Part shown: positions 48,999-61,184 of the stretch, piece by piece | Layout of the letters: each line of letters opens with the position of its first letter | How positions within the stretch are numbered: the stretch's first letter is position 1 | Assembly: GCA_052426225.1 (NCBI GenBank) | Contig: JBNJNM010000021.1 | Location: 2,728,001 to 2,792,000 of the forward strand | Length of the DNA stretch: 64,000 nucleotides | Source of the DNA: Zancudomyces culisetae HAW-14-8 | Lineage: Eukaryota > Fungi > Kickxellomycota | Reading direction: 5' to 3' | Position numbers and translations under genes: made by a program | Notes under the pieces: generated by a model | Database searches by the model: none | Told to the model about the DNA's origin: nothing | The model's input: the letters and a program-made list of their open reading frames with translations, nothing else

Positions 48999-49985
48999 AT
49001 GCTCGCAAGCGGAAAAGCTAGTACTACGAATAAAAAAAACATGCAAGTACTGCGGTCACTATCCAGGGTTCCAAGCGAGACAGAAGTTGGTGATATTATC
49101 AAGGCGCATAAGAAAAAGGAGAATAGAGAGCGTAAAATGAAGTGGAGAAAGTCGAACGTAGAAAAAAACAAGAATAACGACTTGAGATGTCGAGTAAACA
49201 AACGAGCTAACCAACTGTTTGGACCAGGCTCTTCTGAGATGAAGAAAAACTGGGTGGATGCAGAGTTCAATAAGAGGCTGGAGAAGAGAAAGGAGAAAGA
49301 CGCCATGAAGAGGCGAGTAGTGGTTGGGAATGAGACACCGGATACTAGTATGTATTCTACACCTTTTAATCAACCAGTTGCTACTAATGAGTATAAACCG
49401 CAAACATGCCACGAATACATTGAAAAAACATCATCCCTCGTGGAAAACAAGTTATATACTTACCATAGCTACAACTGGGAGGAAAGCCCACATACTGAAA
49501 ATAATCTAAAACCAAGCAGCCCAATCAGCGAGTATAGCTTTGATAATAAAAATGTATCGATTTTGGGTGCATATGGTTACACAAAGGGTGGTAAGGAAAA
49601 GCAAGAATGCGAAGAGATAGAGAAATCAATCTTCTCGCGTTCCTATATATCTGGTGGTATTCAACTCGAATCAGCTCGCAAAAACAATGGCATATCTGTT
49701 TCAGGAAAGGGCTACTACTCCAACAACGATAGTGTATTTAGTAGTCTCAACATCAACAATATCAACAATATCACCAATATCAGTGCACCAAGATACAACG
49801 ACGAAAAACCAAGTAGACACATGAGAGACTCTTCAGAATGCACAACAGTTGTATCTTCACCGCATTTACCTATTGATTTTGATTCCAAATACAATAAAAA
49901 TCGATACCCTTCAACAAGAACAGAATACGAATATAGGGAAGTTGGAAGTCCAGGAAAATGTTCTATCAGGTATATAACTGATTAA
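48999..49985 (+). CDS. Hypothetical protein (328 aa), basic N-terminus and low-complexity Ser/Asn-rich C-terminus
   Basis: Long open frame in AT-rich DNA. No family recognised. Confidence 0.6.
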   Translation: MLASGKASTTNKKNMQVLRSLSRVPSETEVGDIIKAHKKKENRERKMKWRKSNVEKNKNNDLRCRVNKRANQLFGPGSSEMKKNWVDAEFNKRLEKRKEKDAMKRRVVVGNETPDTSMYSTPFNQPVATNEYKPQTCHEYIEKTSSLVENKLYTYHSYNWEESPHTENNLKPSSPISEYSFDNKNVSILGAYGYTKGGKEKQECEEIEKSIFSRSYISGGIQLESARKNNGISVSGKGYYSNNDSVFSSLNINNINNITNISAPRYNDEKPSRHMRDSSECTTVVSSPHLPIDFDSKYNKNRYPSTRTEYEYREVGSPGKCSIRYITD

Positions 49986-51521
49986 TATTAGACGCTGGAC
50001 ATTGTTCCAAATTATAGACTCCACCATCTGTTTCGAAGACCATGGTATTTTTACTCGTTGTAAAATGAAATGAAGGGCTGGTTTGCTAACAAACTATCCT
50101 TTAAATGCTTGTCTATGCCTCTTTTTACGAGTATTGAGGCTGAAATGAGCAAAAAAAAACTAACAAGCAGAACGCTTTGTTGTACATAAGCATTAATTAT
50201 TTAGTTTTATTCACCATTGCACCATTGCACAAAAAATCAAAATCCAAAATTCTCGGTCTACATGTTTTTTTTTTCTCTTTCTGAGGCCTTTTTTTATTAA
50301 TAGCAAATGTAATTCATATTAGCACGTTACTTTTATTGCAAAATATTATTTAGATCTCAAAATAAAACACAGTACATATAGTTGACAAAATGAAGATTGC
50401 TAAAAATAAAACAAAAATGTTATGGGAATAGGTGAGAGTGAAAATATTAGTAATTTGAATACATTATTGTTATAGAAGTGGTCAAGTAAAAAAAGGGGGT
50501 AAATGAATTGTGTAAGTTCCCAGGAAAATAACCCCTGATACTGACTCTTGAATCTCAAATTGACACCAAGGAAGGTCAGGCCGTTAAATTGAACTCTTGT
50601 GACTTGCCTTTAGCTTAGCCTATCATTTTTCGTTATGAAAAAACATGAAGTGAAGAAAATTAAAGGTAAGGAAAGTGTACACATCTTGTGGAATATGGGA
50701 TACGAGCCTGAAAACAGTTAGTTACTGCATAACACGAATACATATTGTGATGTTCTTGTTAATAACATGTTCCAAAACGAAAAAAGTGAAGAATATCAGA
50801 AAAAGTAAACGTGCGGTTAAACAGTGTAAACGAGTAAAAGGTAGAAGGGAAGAGGAAAGAGTACGGAAAATAAGACGAATGAAAAACAAAAGAGAGGCGA
50901 AGGATCCATTTAATGAGACTAAAATGTATTTTTCACATATATTGTATTGCAAGTCAACGAACCAACTTATGATTTGGTAAAATTTGCTTCAAAGAGATGA
51001 AAAACGTAAACTCATACTCCAAAATTAAAACTATTGATTATTACATAATAATTAATACCGATTTGCAATATTTTAAGAACAAATGAAAAGAAACAAAAAA
51101 AAATCGAAAAAAAGACTTACAATAACGATAAGGGCAAATACAAGCAGAAAATCAGAAAGGGGGTGTCCAATAAACCCGTCAGACTGGGAATGGTTTAGCC
51201 TAAGCATTATAAACACGTTTATAAAAATAAAAAAACCAGGAGAAAGACTTGTTATACATCCGTCTATGTATAGATATATGAAATATAGAAAAGACAAAAA
51301 TAGATAGAAACAAAAATAGAAACAAAAAAGGAGGCACAAGCATCAAGAACAAAAAAAAACTAATACCGAGAATAAGCGTGGAATTTGGGTTGTTTTATAC
51401 GCGTATACTTGTCAGCGATTAATCAGAACTAATACAGTACAGAGCCACACAAGGGAGGTTTCTCAAAATCATTCGAAAAAATAAACTAAAACAGAAAAAA
51501 ATATAGATAAGAGTTTGAAAA

Positions 51522-53495
51522 ATGGCGACTAATGGAAAATCCTCAAAGCCAGCAGTCGAATTTGTAAGTATCTTTAATGTATACATCCTATATTGAAAAA
51601 GAAGGACTAGTCGAACTTTGATGGCAGTGCTCGAGATTATTTTCATACCTATATATAGCCTACTAGAATTATAAAAATAGAATTAATATAAAAATATACA
51701 ATAGCCGAGGGAGATATACAAACCAGAATATCCTAGGAATCATGATAGATTTATTGGACTGATAAATTTGGGCAATATGTGTTATTGCAACTCAGTTTTG
51801 CAATTATTATATTATTGCAGAGCCTTTCGGGAAAGTGTAAATAACTACCCAGAAAAGAGGAGTTATCCAAAAGAAACACAAGCGTCTATGGAAAAATGGG
51901 AGAAGTTTTATGATCATAAACGAGTAGAGGCAGAGGCAGAACTGAAAAAAATGCGAATCAAAATGGGGTTGACTAAGGAGGAGGATAAGAGGAAAGGTGA
52001 TACAAAGGGTAGTCTAGGTAATACTTGTAATGATACTAACAGTGATGGTGTTAACAGTAGCAGCAACGGCAACAATGGTGCTAATGGTAAGGAAAGTGGC
52101 AAATATGGGCAAGCGAATGGTGGAGAAAGAACGACAACGGTTGGAGGATCAACACCAATGGCAGGAGCAGCAGGGATGATGTATATGGATGAAAGCAACA
52201 GCTCGATAAAGTACAGAATACCAGCAGGGATGTTTACAGTGCTGAAAGATTTGTTTTGGTATACAAGTACACGAGTAAGCAGAGTCGGAACGTATAACCC
52301 AAATCTACTAATAACACAACTGAAGGTATCGAATGCGCTATTTAGAAACAACGACCATCAAGATGCACACGAGATGTTCAATTATTTGATAAATGAAATT
52401 GCAGAGATAGTTGATCGGGTAGATACAGAACGTGCAGAAAGGGAGTATGGGAAGGGAAAAGGGGGTGCGAGAAATGATGTATTTGATAGTAAAGGGATGT
52501 TGATATCAGGAAAGACATGGGTACACACATTGTTTGAGGGTCTTTTGACAAATGAGACCAAGTGTTTGACCTGCGAGGCGGTATCAAGTCGTGATGAAAA
52601 GTTTTTTGATCTATCACTGGATGTGGTGAACAACTCATCAGTGACAAGTCTTTTACGAGACTACGCAAAGGGAGAAATCATGAAGCAAGCCAACAAGTTT
52701 TACTGCGAAAAGTGTGGTGCGTTACAAGAGGCTGAACGAAGGGTGAGACTCAAGAGACTTCCTAATATACTGGCATTACATTTGAAAAGATTCAAATACG
52801 TTGAGTCACAGTATCAATATGTAAAATTGAGCTATCGGGTAAATTATCCAAAGTTTTTGCGGGTTCCAGAAATGACAGAGGAAGCAAATGATGTCAAGTA
52901 TCGACTGGTGGGTGCAATTATTCATTTAGGAGGTGGGCTAAACCAAGGTCACTACATAGTGATAATAAATAGTGATGGAAAGTGGGTATTGTTTGATGAT
53001 GATTATGTGGATTTGATTGATGAATCTGAACTGGAACTTTATAATGGAGATTCATTAACGTTTGGTGGAGTTTATGTTTTGTTATATGAAAGAGAAGATT
53101 TGGATTCCGCTCAGCTAGATTTACCATTTAATTCCGAGTTTAACGCGTTTAAAGCAAGAAAGCAAAAGGATGCTCAAAAAAAGGAGAAAGAAAGTAACAA
53201 GGTTAATGGTGATGCTGGGAATCTCAATAATGACAGCAATACCAGTGCCAATGGTAGTAGTGATGGTAGTAGTGGTAGTAGTCGTGGTGGTGATATAAAC
53301 AGTAGCAATGGTGATAAACTAGCTAGTAGCCAAGAATGCAATGCACCGGACCAATCTGATCTTTTGGCATCACTTCAGCCACAACCTGAAATAAATAGAC
53401 AGAAAATATACTTGCGAAATAAACCATCAATAACCAATGTTACATTTTCAACAACAGCTTCTGGAACAACACAAACACCAAAATCGTCTACATAG
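51522..53495 (+). CDS. Ubiquitin-specific protease, USP12/USP46 (Ubp9/Ubp13/CreB)-like, 2 exons
   Basis: Cys box GLINLGNMCYCNSVLQ, HQDAHEMFNYL, Zn fingers CLTC and FYCEKC, His box GHYI...FDDD. Short first exon from ATG 51522 with GTAAGT donor. Confidence 0.92.
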
Positions 53496-54042
53496 TATAC
53501 AGCTGATGGGGTTTCTAAATGCGCTAGGTTTTAAAATTCTTTGGTAAAACCCAGCTAGATAAACTAAACAAATAAATAAGTAATAAAAGAGAGAAGTTAT
53601 TAGCAGGAAGAGAAGGGTGAAGGAGGGTGAGAAATGGACGAGAAAAAAGAAACACAGATATACCAATACAAACACTAAAATTGGGATTTAGAGATTAGGA
53701 TTCGATTATTTAATATATTTTTATGATTTAGTTCTTTTTATATTTGCTATGAGAGTAAAGAAAGGGAGAATAAAAAGAAAAATGAGTATAAACAAAATAT
53801 AAACGTATAATGGTATTGGATAAACCAAACTGAATTTATTTACATATGCTTTAATTTGATTTTGGGGGGGGGGGTCATTATTAAAAATCAAACTGAAATA
53901 ATTATGCTGATTTTCAAAGTAATATAAAGGAGAAAAAAACAACACACAACACAAGCTAGCCGCAGTTGTAAATGCGGAGATTGTGATACTGTATTGTATT
54001 TGTAGAATTGCAAAAATAAAAATACAGAAATAAAGTGGCAAG

Positions 54043-56679
54043 ATGAAGTAAGAAACTGAAATATTTAAATATGTTATCCTCAACCTAGATTTGTACAAGA
54101 AGGGAAAATGTAAAAGTAATGAAAAATGGAAAAATGGAAAAAATAGGTTTAAAATCGAAGATTTGCAAGTGATATTTCCGTACGATTATGTATACCCTGA
54201 ACAGTATGCATACATGACAGATCTCAAACGAGCATTGGATGCAAAGGTAAATATAATGTGTTTTATACTATTTATAATTTGTAGTATAAAGTGGGGACAC
54301 AAGTTAACAGGAATAAAAAAGAAAATGTGTATTTTGAATTGAATAGGGGCATTGCTTGTTGGAGATGCCTTCAGGAACGGGTAAAACGGTGTGTTTGTTA
54401 TCCTTGATAGTTGCGTACCAGCTAAAATATCGGGATAAGCGAAAGTTGGTGTATTGTTCACGTACAGTTCCAGAGATTGACAAGGCATTGGCGGAATTAA
54501 AACGGCTTATAGAATATAGAAAAAATAACCGAGATAGCGATATGAGTAAGGAGGCAATGGAGGAGGAAGATATGTTTGTTGGAATAGGTTTGACTGCTAG
54601 AAAGAATTTGTGTTTAAATCCAGAGGTAAGTGAAGAATAGGTTGGCTAGTTGGAGGGGTGAGTGGGGGATGATGTGTGTTTGGTTAGTTTAAGGCACAGA
54701 AACTAACAATGTAAAAAAAAATGAATAAATGAATGAATACTTGAATGAATAAATGGTATATACACATGTATTAGGTTAATAAAGAGAGAAAGGGGAGAAT
54801 AGTGGATGCGAAATGTAGAGGGTTGACATCGCCATGGATACGAAGCAAAGCGGAGAAGCAAGGAGACCCGGTGGAGCTATGTGAATTTTATGAGACTCTG
54901 GAATCAGGAAAGGAAGGGGAAGGGATAACGATAAAGCCAGGAGTGTATACAATGGAGGATCTTAAGGAGTATGGAATGAACAAGAAATACTGTCCATATT
55001 ATTTAGCGCGAAAAGTGATACCAGTGGCAGATGTGGTGATATTCAGTTACCATTATATTTTGGATCCTAAAATCAATGAAATAGTATCAAAAGAGTTTGG
55101 CAAAAACAGTATAGTGGTATTTGACGAGGCGCATAATATAGACAATACATGTATTGAAGCGTTGAGCATGGACTTGAATGTAAGCAAGCTGGAGAGTAGC
55201 AGCAAGAGTGTTGAGCAATTGGTGGAGAAGATCAACGAGATTAAAAAGACAGATTCAGAGCGGTTGGTGGATGAGTATAACAAGCTAGTGGAAGGGCTCA
55301 GAGAGACGCGGGAGGCAAGGGCGGAGGAGAAGGTGATTGAGAATCCGGTATTTCCGGACGATTTGTTGCGAGAAGCGGTTCCGGGAAATATTAGAAAGGC
55401 TGAGCATTTTGTAATGTTTTTGCGGCGATTTGTAGAGTATTTGAAGGCGAGGATGAGAGTGATGCATGTAGTTGCAGAGTCGACAGGGTCGTTTTTGAAG
55501 CATTTGAAGGATGTAACATATATAGAGCGAAAACCACTTCGGTTTTGTTCGGAAAGATTGGAGTCGCTAGTACGGACACTAGAGATTACAGACTTGGATG
55601 ATTATTGGGGATTGCAGCAAGTGGCAGCATTTGGTACGTTATGTGCAACGTACGAAGAGGGATTTACAGTATTACTGGAACCGTATGAGTCAGACACAGC
55701 GACTGTACCCAACCCAATGTTGCGGCTAGTGTGTTTGGATGCAGCTATTTGTATGCAGCCTGTGACTCGACGATTTTCAACTGTTGTCATCACGTCAGGG
55801 ACGTTGTCGCCGTTAGATATGTATCCACGGATGTTGAAAATTAGACCATCGATTATGCAGTCGTATGCACTGACTCTGTCTCGTACATGTTTTCTACCCA
55901 TGATAGTAACACGAGGCAGCGATCAGGTGGCTATTAGTAGTAAGTTTGAGGTGCGTCACGACCCGGCGGTTGTTCGAAACTTTGGGAATTTGTTGATTGA
56001 GATGTGTAAAACAGTTCCAGATGGATTGGTTGCGTTTTTCCCTTCATACTTGTATATGGAGTCGATCGTAGCAATGTGGAATGAAATGGGAATTTTGAAG
56101 ACGGTTTGGAAATACAAACTGATCTTTGTAGAGACCCCGGATGCTGCCGAGACGTCTCTTGCTTTGGAAAACTACCGCCGGGCTTCTGAAAATGGTCGAG
56201 GTGCAGTTTTATTTTCTGTCGCTCGAGGAAAAGTGTCAGAAGGTGTGGATTTTGATCATAACTATGGGCGAGCTGTTGTGATGTTTGGTATTCCTTACCA
56301 ATATACCGAATCAAGAGTGTTGAAGGCTCGACTGGAGTTTTTGAGAGAGCAATATTCAATAAGAGAAAATGATTTTTTGGCATTTGATGCACTACGACAT
56401 GCCTCACAATGTGTTGGGCGAGCGCTTCGAGGAAAGAGTGATTATGGGTTGATGGTATTTGCTGATAAGAGATATTCGCGGTCTGACAAGAAATCCAAGT
56501 TACCAAAGTGGATTAGTTCTCATATTTCGGATGCCTATTCAAACTTGTCTACGGACATGGCAGTGTCATCCGCCAAACAGTTTCTGAAATTAATGGCACA
56601 ACCATATGATCAGAAATCCATGCTTGGAATTAGTTTGTGGTCTGAAGCCGATATTGAACAGCGAATGGGGACAAACTAA
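54043..56679 (+). CDS. RAD3: TFIIH helicase Rad3/XPD (ERCC2), 4 exons
   Basis: MK|FKIEDLQVIFPYDYVYPEQYAYM, LEMPSGTGKT, VFDEAHNID, SGTLSPL, VARGKVSEGVDF, QCVGRALRGKSDYG. Confidence 0.97.
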
Positions 56680-57900
56680 TTAAGCTTTTATTTAAATGGA
56701 ATCTTTACTTTTCCCAAATTCTAACAATATAATATAAAGGTGTGTTTTTTGGGTAATTTTTAAGCCGGGTTTGGAATAAAACTGAGAGAACGGGTACTTC
56801 CAGCAATGATCAACTTTAAAAGTCAGAATATAATGCTACCAAGATCTAAAATAGTATAAAAATAAAACCATAAAGGTAAAAAAAAAATGGTGGAAAGGTG
56901 AGTGATGGGAGAACAGGGGGACACATGTGAACATGTAGATCTATAATAGCGACTTGACTCTTCTCGCTCCCTCACCTAAAAATTCACATTTATTTTTGTT
57001 TTATTATGTTTTCGTGGATTTTTTGAGGTTAATAACGGAAATTGTTTTTTTCCAGAGAAAAAATGATTTTACACAACAAAGTACAAATAAAGCATTTAAT
57101 TTTAATAAAGAAAAATTTCAATCGATTTTTAAAACACTAATATTTAAAGCTATACAAATCACTGGTAATGAAAATATAAAAAGGAACTAGTAAATAAACG
57201 GAGAATTGTAAAATAAAAAAGCTTGTTGGTGAGAAATAGCAAAATTGGGAAAAAGAAATGGGTTTACAGGGGAAAAGGAGGGGGGGGTATGGAACTATTC
57301 AAGTGAAATTTTGTAATTCTAATCGCATTAGTTTTTTTAAATCATCGAACATAAATAATGCGATAAATTAGCAACACCAAATGAAACAAATTAAACTACA
57401 AGGTTATTAACGTGATAAAAAAAATTCAACGCATTTGAATCATTTAAATGCTGGGATATTATTTTTCTCGTTATTTACTTGTCACTAATTTATTTTTTAA
57501 ACATTTTATCTATTTTAACGTAGTGGCAGTTGATTAATTAATGGTGGATTCTATAACAAATAATAATTTAATTCTAAATAATAACATGCAAAAAAAAACT
57601 GTAAACTAAGAAATAAATGCCGCACAAAAACAAAACAACGATAATAACAAAACCATATTGTAAATAAAAATGTACATGGATTATAAACATGTACCCTTCT
57701 TCATTTTGATGTAAGATTTGTATTACGAAATAAATAATTTATTTTTAGAGCATTCCAGTAAAAAAAAAAACCAAAGTTAAAATTATATACTTTTTATATT
57801 GCTCATACTATTACTCTTGATATTGGTATTGGCATTGCTATTGGTACAAGGTATTACTATATAAATAAGAAATTAGAACACAACACATGATAGTATAAAA

Positions 57901-60037
57901 ATGGGAAAAAGACGGGAACTCTCGCGCAATTATACACCCATCTCGAGGGAATTATCCTCTGCTTTAGTCGAGATGAATTTCGAGATTGAAAAAAGTATAC
58001 AAACCCAATCCGACAACCAAAACGAAAGTAAAAGCAAAAGCAAAGACATGAACAAAAGCGAAAATATTAATGCAGAGAAGAAACGGGAAGAATCTACACA
58101 GCAACAACAACAGCAACAGCAACAACAACAATGTAAACAACAACAACAACAGCAGCAGCAGTCACCTCGAGAACAGTCAGGGTGGTTTAAAAATAGGCGG
58201 AGTGGAAGGAATAGATTAGGTTTAGTTGGAAGTCTGCAAAATTTGCATGAACGGGCAAATTTCCACTATTTTACACGCAGCTCTAAGGGCATCAACACCA
58301 ACAACAATATAAACACCAATACGAATACAAACACAAGCATTGACACGACTAAACTTAATATTACTAGAACTGATAACGAAAAAAAACTTAAAAATATCAA
58401 TAGTAACATCAATCTTGGTATTGGTGGTGGTGGTGGTAAGAGCAAAGGTAATGAGCGAACCCTTGGGAAAATGAAGAGTCTTTCGGCGATTTCTACCCGC
58501 GAACTGAGCTTAGATTCTAAAACAAAAAGGAATGGATTGAAAAGATATCGTGAAAGCAGCAACCAAACATCAAACAATGAGGAGCTAGAAAGACATAAAT
58601 TACGAGCGCTAACCAGGCGTGTACACGAAAATTGGGATGAAGTAGATAAATCATTAGAAGAATTGCGAACGTTGATTGTAACGAATGGGGGATTGCCGAT
58701 AGAAATTGCCAAAAACGCCAGTAGCTCAACTAAGGGAACAGATATTAAAAGCAAGAATGATAGTAATGAAAGCTGTGTTGAGATGGAAAAGTTTTCCAAC
58801 GATAAATTTGGTATTGGAGATAGCAAATATGGTGATAAGGAAGGAGATGAAATAAGTAAAATCAACAGGGAGTACAATGAGCAGCGGGGGAAACTGTGGC
58901 TACTGCTTTTGCGAATACAAAAGATCCCAGTAGAAGAGTACCTTAGAGAACTCAATAAATGCCCATCGCCCAGCCACAGCAAAATCAAGGACGATGTATT
59001 TCGAACGTTGGCGACAGACGAGGTGTTTAAAGCAGCGGTTTCGGACAACAAGATGATTCGGATTTTGAATGCAACGGTGGTTAGGCGGATAGGGTCGATA
59101 GCACGATACGTACAGGGAATGAATGTATTACTAGCACCATTTGCGTATGTAATGAACGAACCGGCTGCATATTTTTGTTTTGTGCGGTTTCTAGAGCAGC
59201 GCTGTCCATTGTATGCGACTCCCAACTTGCCGGGTGTTCATGCAGGCGCTGTGCTGGTTGACGAGGTATTATCTTTGGTTGATCCACCACTGTATGCTCA
59301 TTTATCATCTCATGGCATTACGGGGCGCATTTATGCGTTCCCAGCAGTGATGACGATATCTGCCTGTATTCCACCCCTAAACCAAGTGCTAAAACTATGG
59401 GATTATTTTTTGGCCTGTGGTGTTCACTTGAATATTCTTTGTATAGTTGCATTGGTTATTTCCATCCGCGATTTGCTGCTGACTACTACCAATCCAAGTT
59501 CTGTATTGCGACATTGGCCACCTCTTAATGCTTCTTCTCTGATAAGAAAGTCTCGTTTTCCTCTTGTCTCAACTGCCTCACCATATTCTTTTTCTCCTGG
59601 AAAACCATTTATGTGATTTTGATTTGGCCTGCAAGATTTCAGCCCACGATCCTTCATTAAATCTCAACATACTTGCTGCAAACACTTCTGCCGACAACAA
59701 TCTACTGTGCAACTATCCAATCTCTTCCACAACTCCTCGTCTCACATCATATACTGCCTCTTCCAACTCCAATCTTGCTTCCAGCGTTTCTTCCACTTTT
59801 GTCGCTGCAAAACGACGTAAAATGCCTACTAATTTGGGTCTTTCCCTCACTGATTCTACCTCTCCATTTCCAACCCAATTTACTCACTTGCAAAACAACC
59901 ATCAGCAGCTACACAGTAATCTCGATTCTATTACCAATCCTAGCAGCCTTGCTAATAAAAACAATGATACTGGCCCCAATACTCGACAGCGTAATAGAAT
60001 CCGTTTGGATTTGCAAAATTGGATTTCTAATCGTTAA
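57901..60037 (+). CDS. BUB2: Bub2/Cdc16 TBC-domain GAP with long low-complexity extensions and an apparent +1 indel near 59556
   Basis: TBC motifs KIKDDVFRTL, YVQGMNVLLAPF, GVHAG, IYAFPAVMTISACIPPL, LWDYFLACGVHLN. The frame of the 59564-60037 ORF supplies the expected last TBC helix (LSQLPHHILFLLENH). Confidence 0.88.
58098..58161 (+). repeat. CAA/CAG polyglutamine tract
   Basis: Encodes QQQQQQQQQQQCKQQQQQQQ in the Bub2 N-terminus. Confidence 0.9.
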
Positions 60038-61184
60038 TGCTTCTCTTTGCCAAGATCACAACAAATACACACTTTTTTTTATCCCCAAGAGGAAATGTAT
60101 TGTATATATCAACTAGCGCTTTTATTTTACCACATCTATCCTGTTTTTCAACTCTTGTCATTTCTTTTACCTTTTTATTATTGTTTTAGTTATTATTTTC
60201 CCCTCTCACTTAATCCCCTCTTCTCCTCTCCTCCACCCTCTTCTTGTACTTTTTTTTAAAAATCCTTGCTACACTTTATTCATACCACTATCACTATCAC
60301 TATCACTATATCTACATTTACATTTATATCTACTCTGTTGAGCATTCTTTTCCACATGTTTTAAGCAGTGTAAAATAGTGGAATATGGCTATTGGTTATT
60401 GGTGCTAAAAAGGAACAAGCTCTATATTTTCCTTTCCGAATTTATGATATTTCTAAAATTGTAATATAAACTCTTCATTTGCTAGCACAAACATTTATCT
60501 GTTACCAATAAGATGAGCCTTTTTAAAATAATAGGAAATGAAAAACCTCCCCAAGACTTTTGTATTTTTATCTCCAAAGTTACTATTTGGTAGTTGGAAT
60601 TTTTGGTTTGATAGAAAAGCAAAGAAAAATAAAATAGAAAGTGGCTAAAAATCAGACTTTGATTCGACTTGTGACTTGATACTCCGACTTTTTTATTTAA
60701 ATTTAATTTATTGTTTTTTTCGCATTTGATTCTAGAATATTTTTCATTTAACTTTCATATGCAAAAAATAAAAAATAATGAACGAATAAACAACAATATT
60801 ACGATTCTTGCCAATTTATACTTTTTTATTAAGGTTCTAAAAAAAAAAAAAGTCTTGGTATGATTTAACTTCATCAAGCGTAAATAGTGTTTTTATGCAG
60901 TGAAAATTTTTTTTTTCATTCGACTACTACTGTACTATTGCCGCAACTAATGGTTTATCTCTACACCAGAAAAAAAAAACACTTGGCCTTACCAAACTAA
61001 ACCAAACTACACCTTAGCTTATTCACGCCTCTCCTCCTTCACCCAAACATATTATATATATATATATATTCTACTTGTAACCTTAAATAATATCAAAAGT
61101 TGAATATTTATTTTATCAAGTTTTTGTTTTTAGTGATTTTTTTAATATAAAGACAAGACAGAATTATTTTTTTACAGCATAGTA

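Noticed and set aside
673-53495. Apparent cluster of ubiquitin-system genes (F-box-like, two RINGs, CUE, RPT1, USP)
   Set aside because: These are large common families interspersed with unrelated housekeeping genes, with no evidence of a functional cluster.
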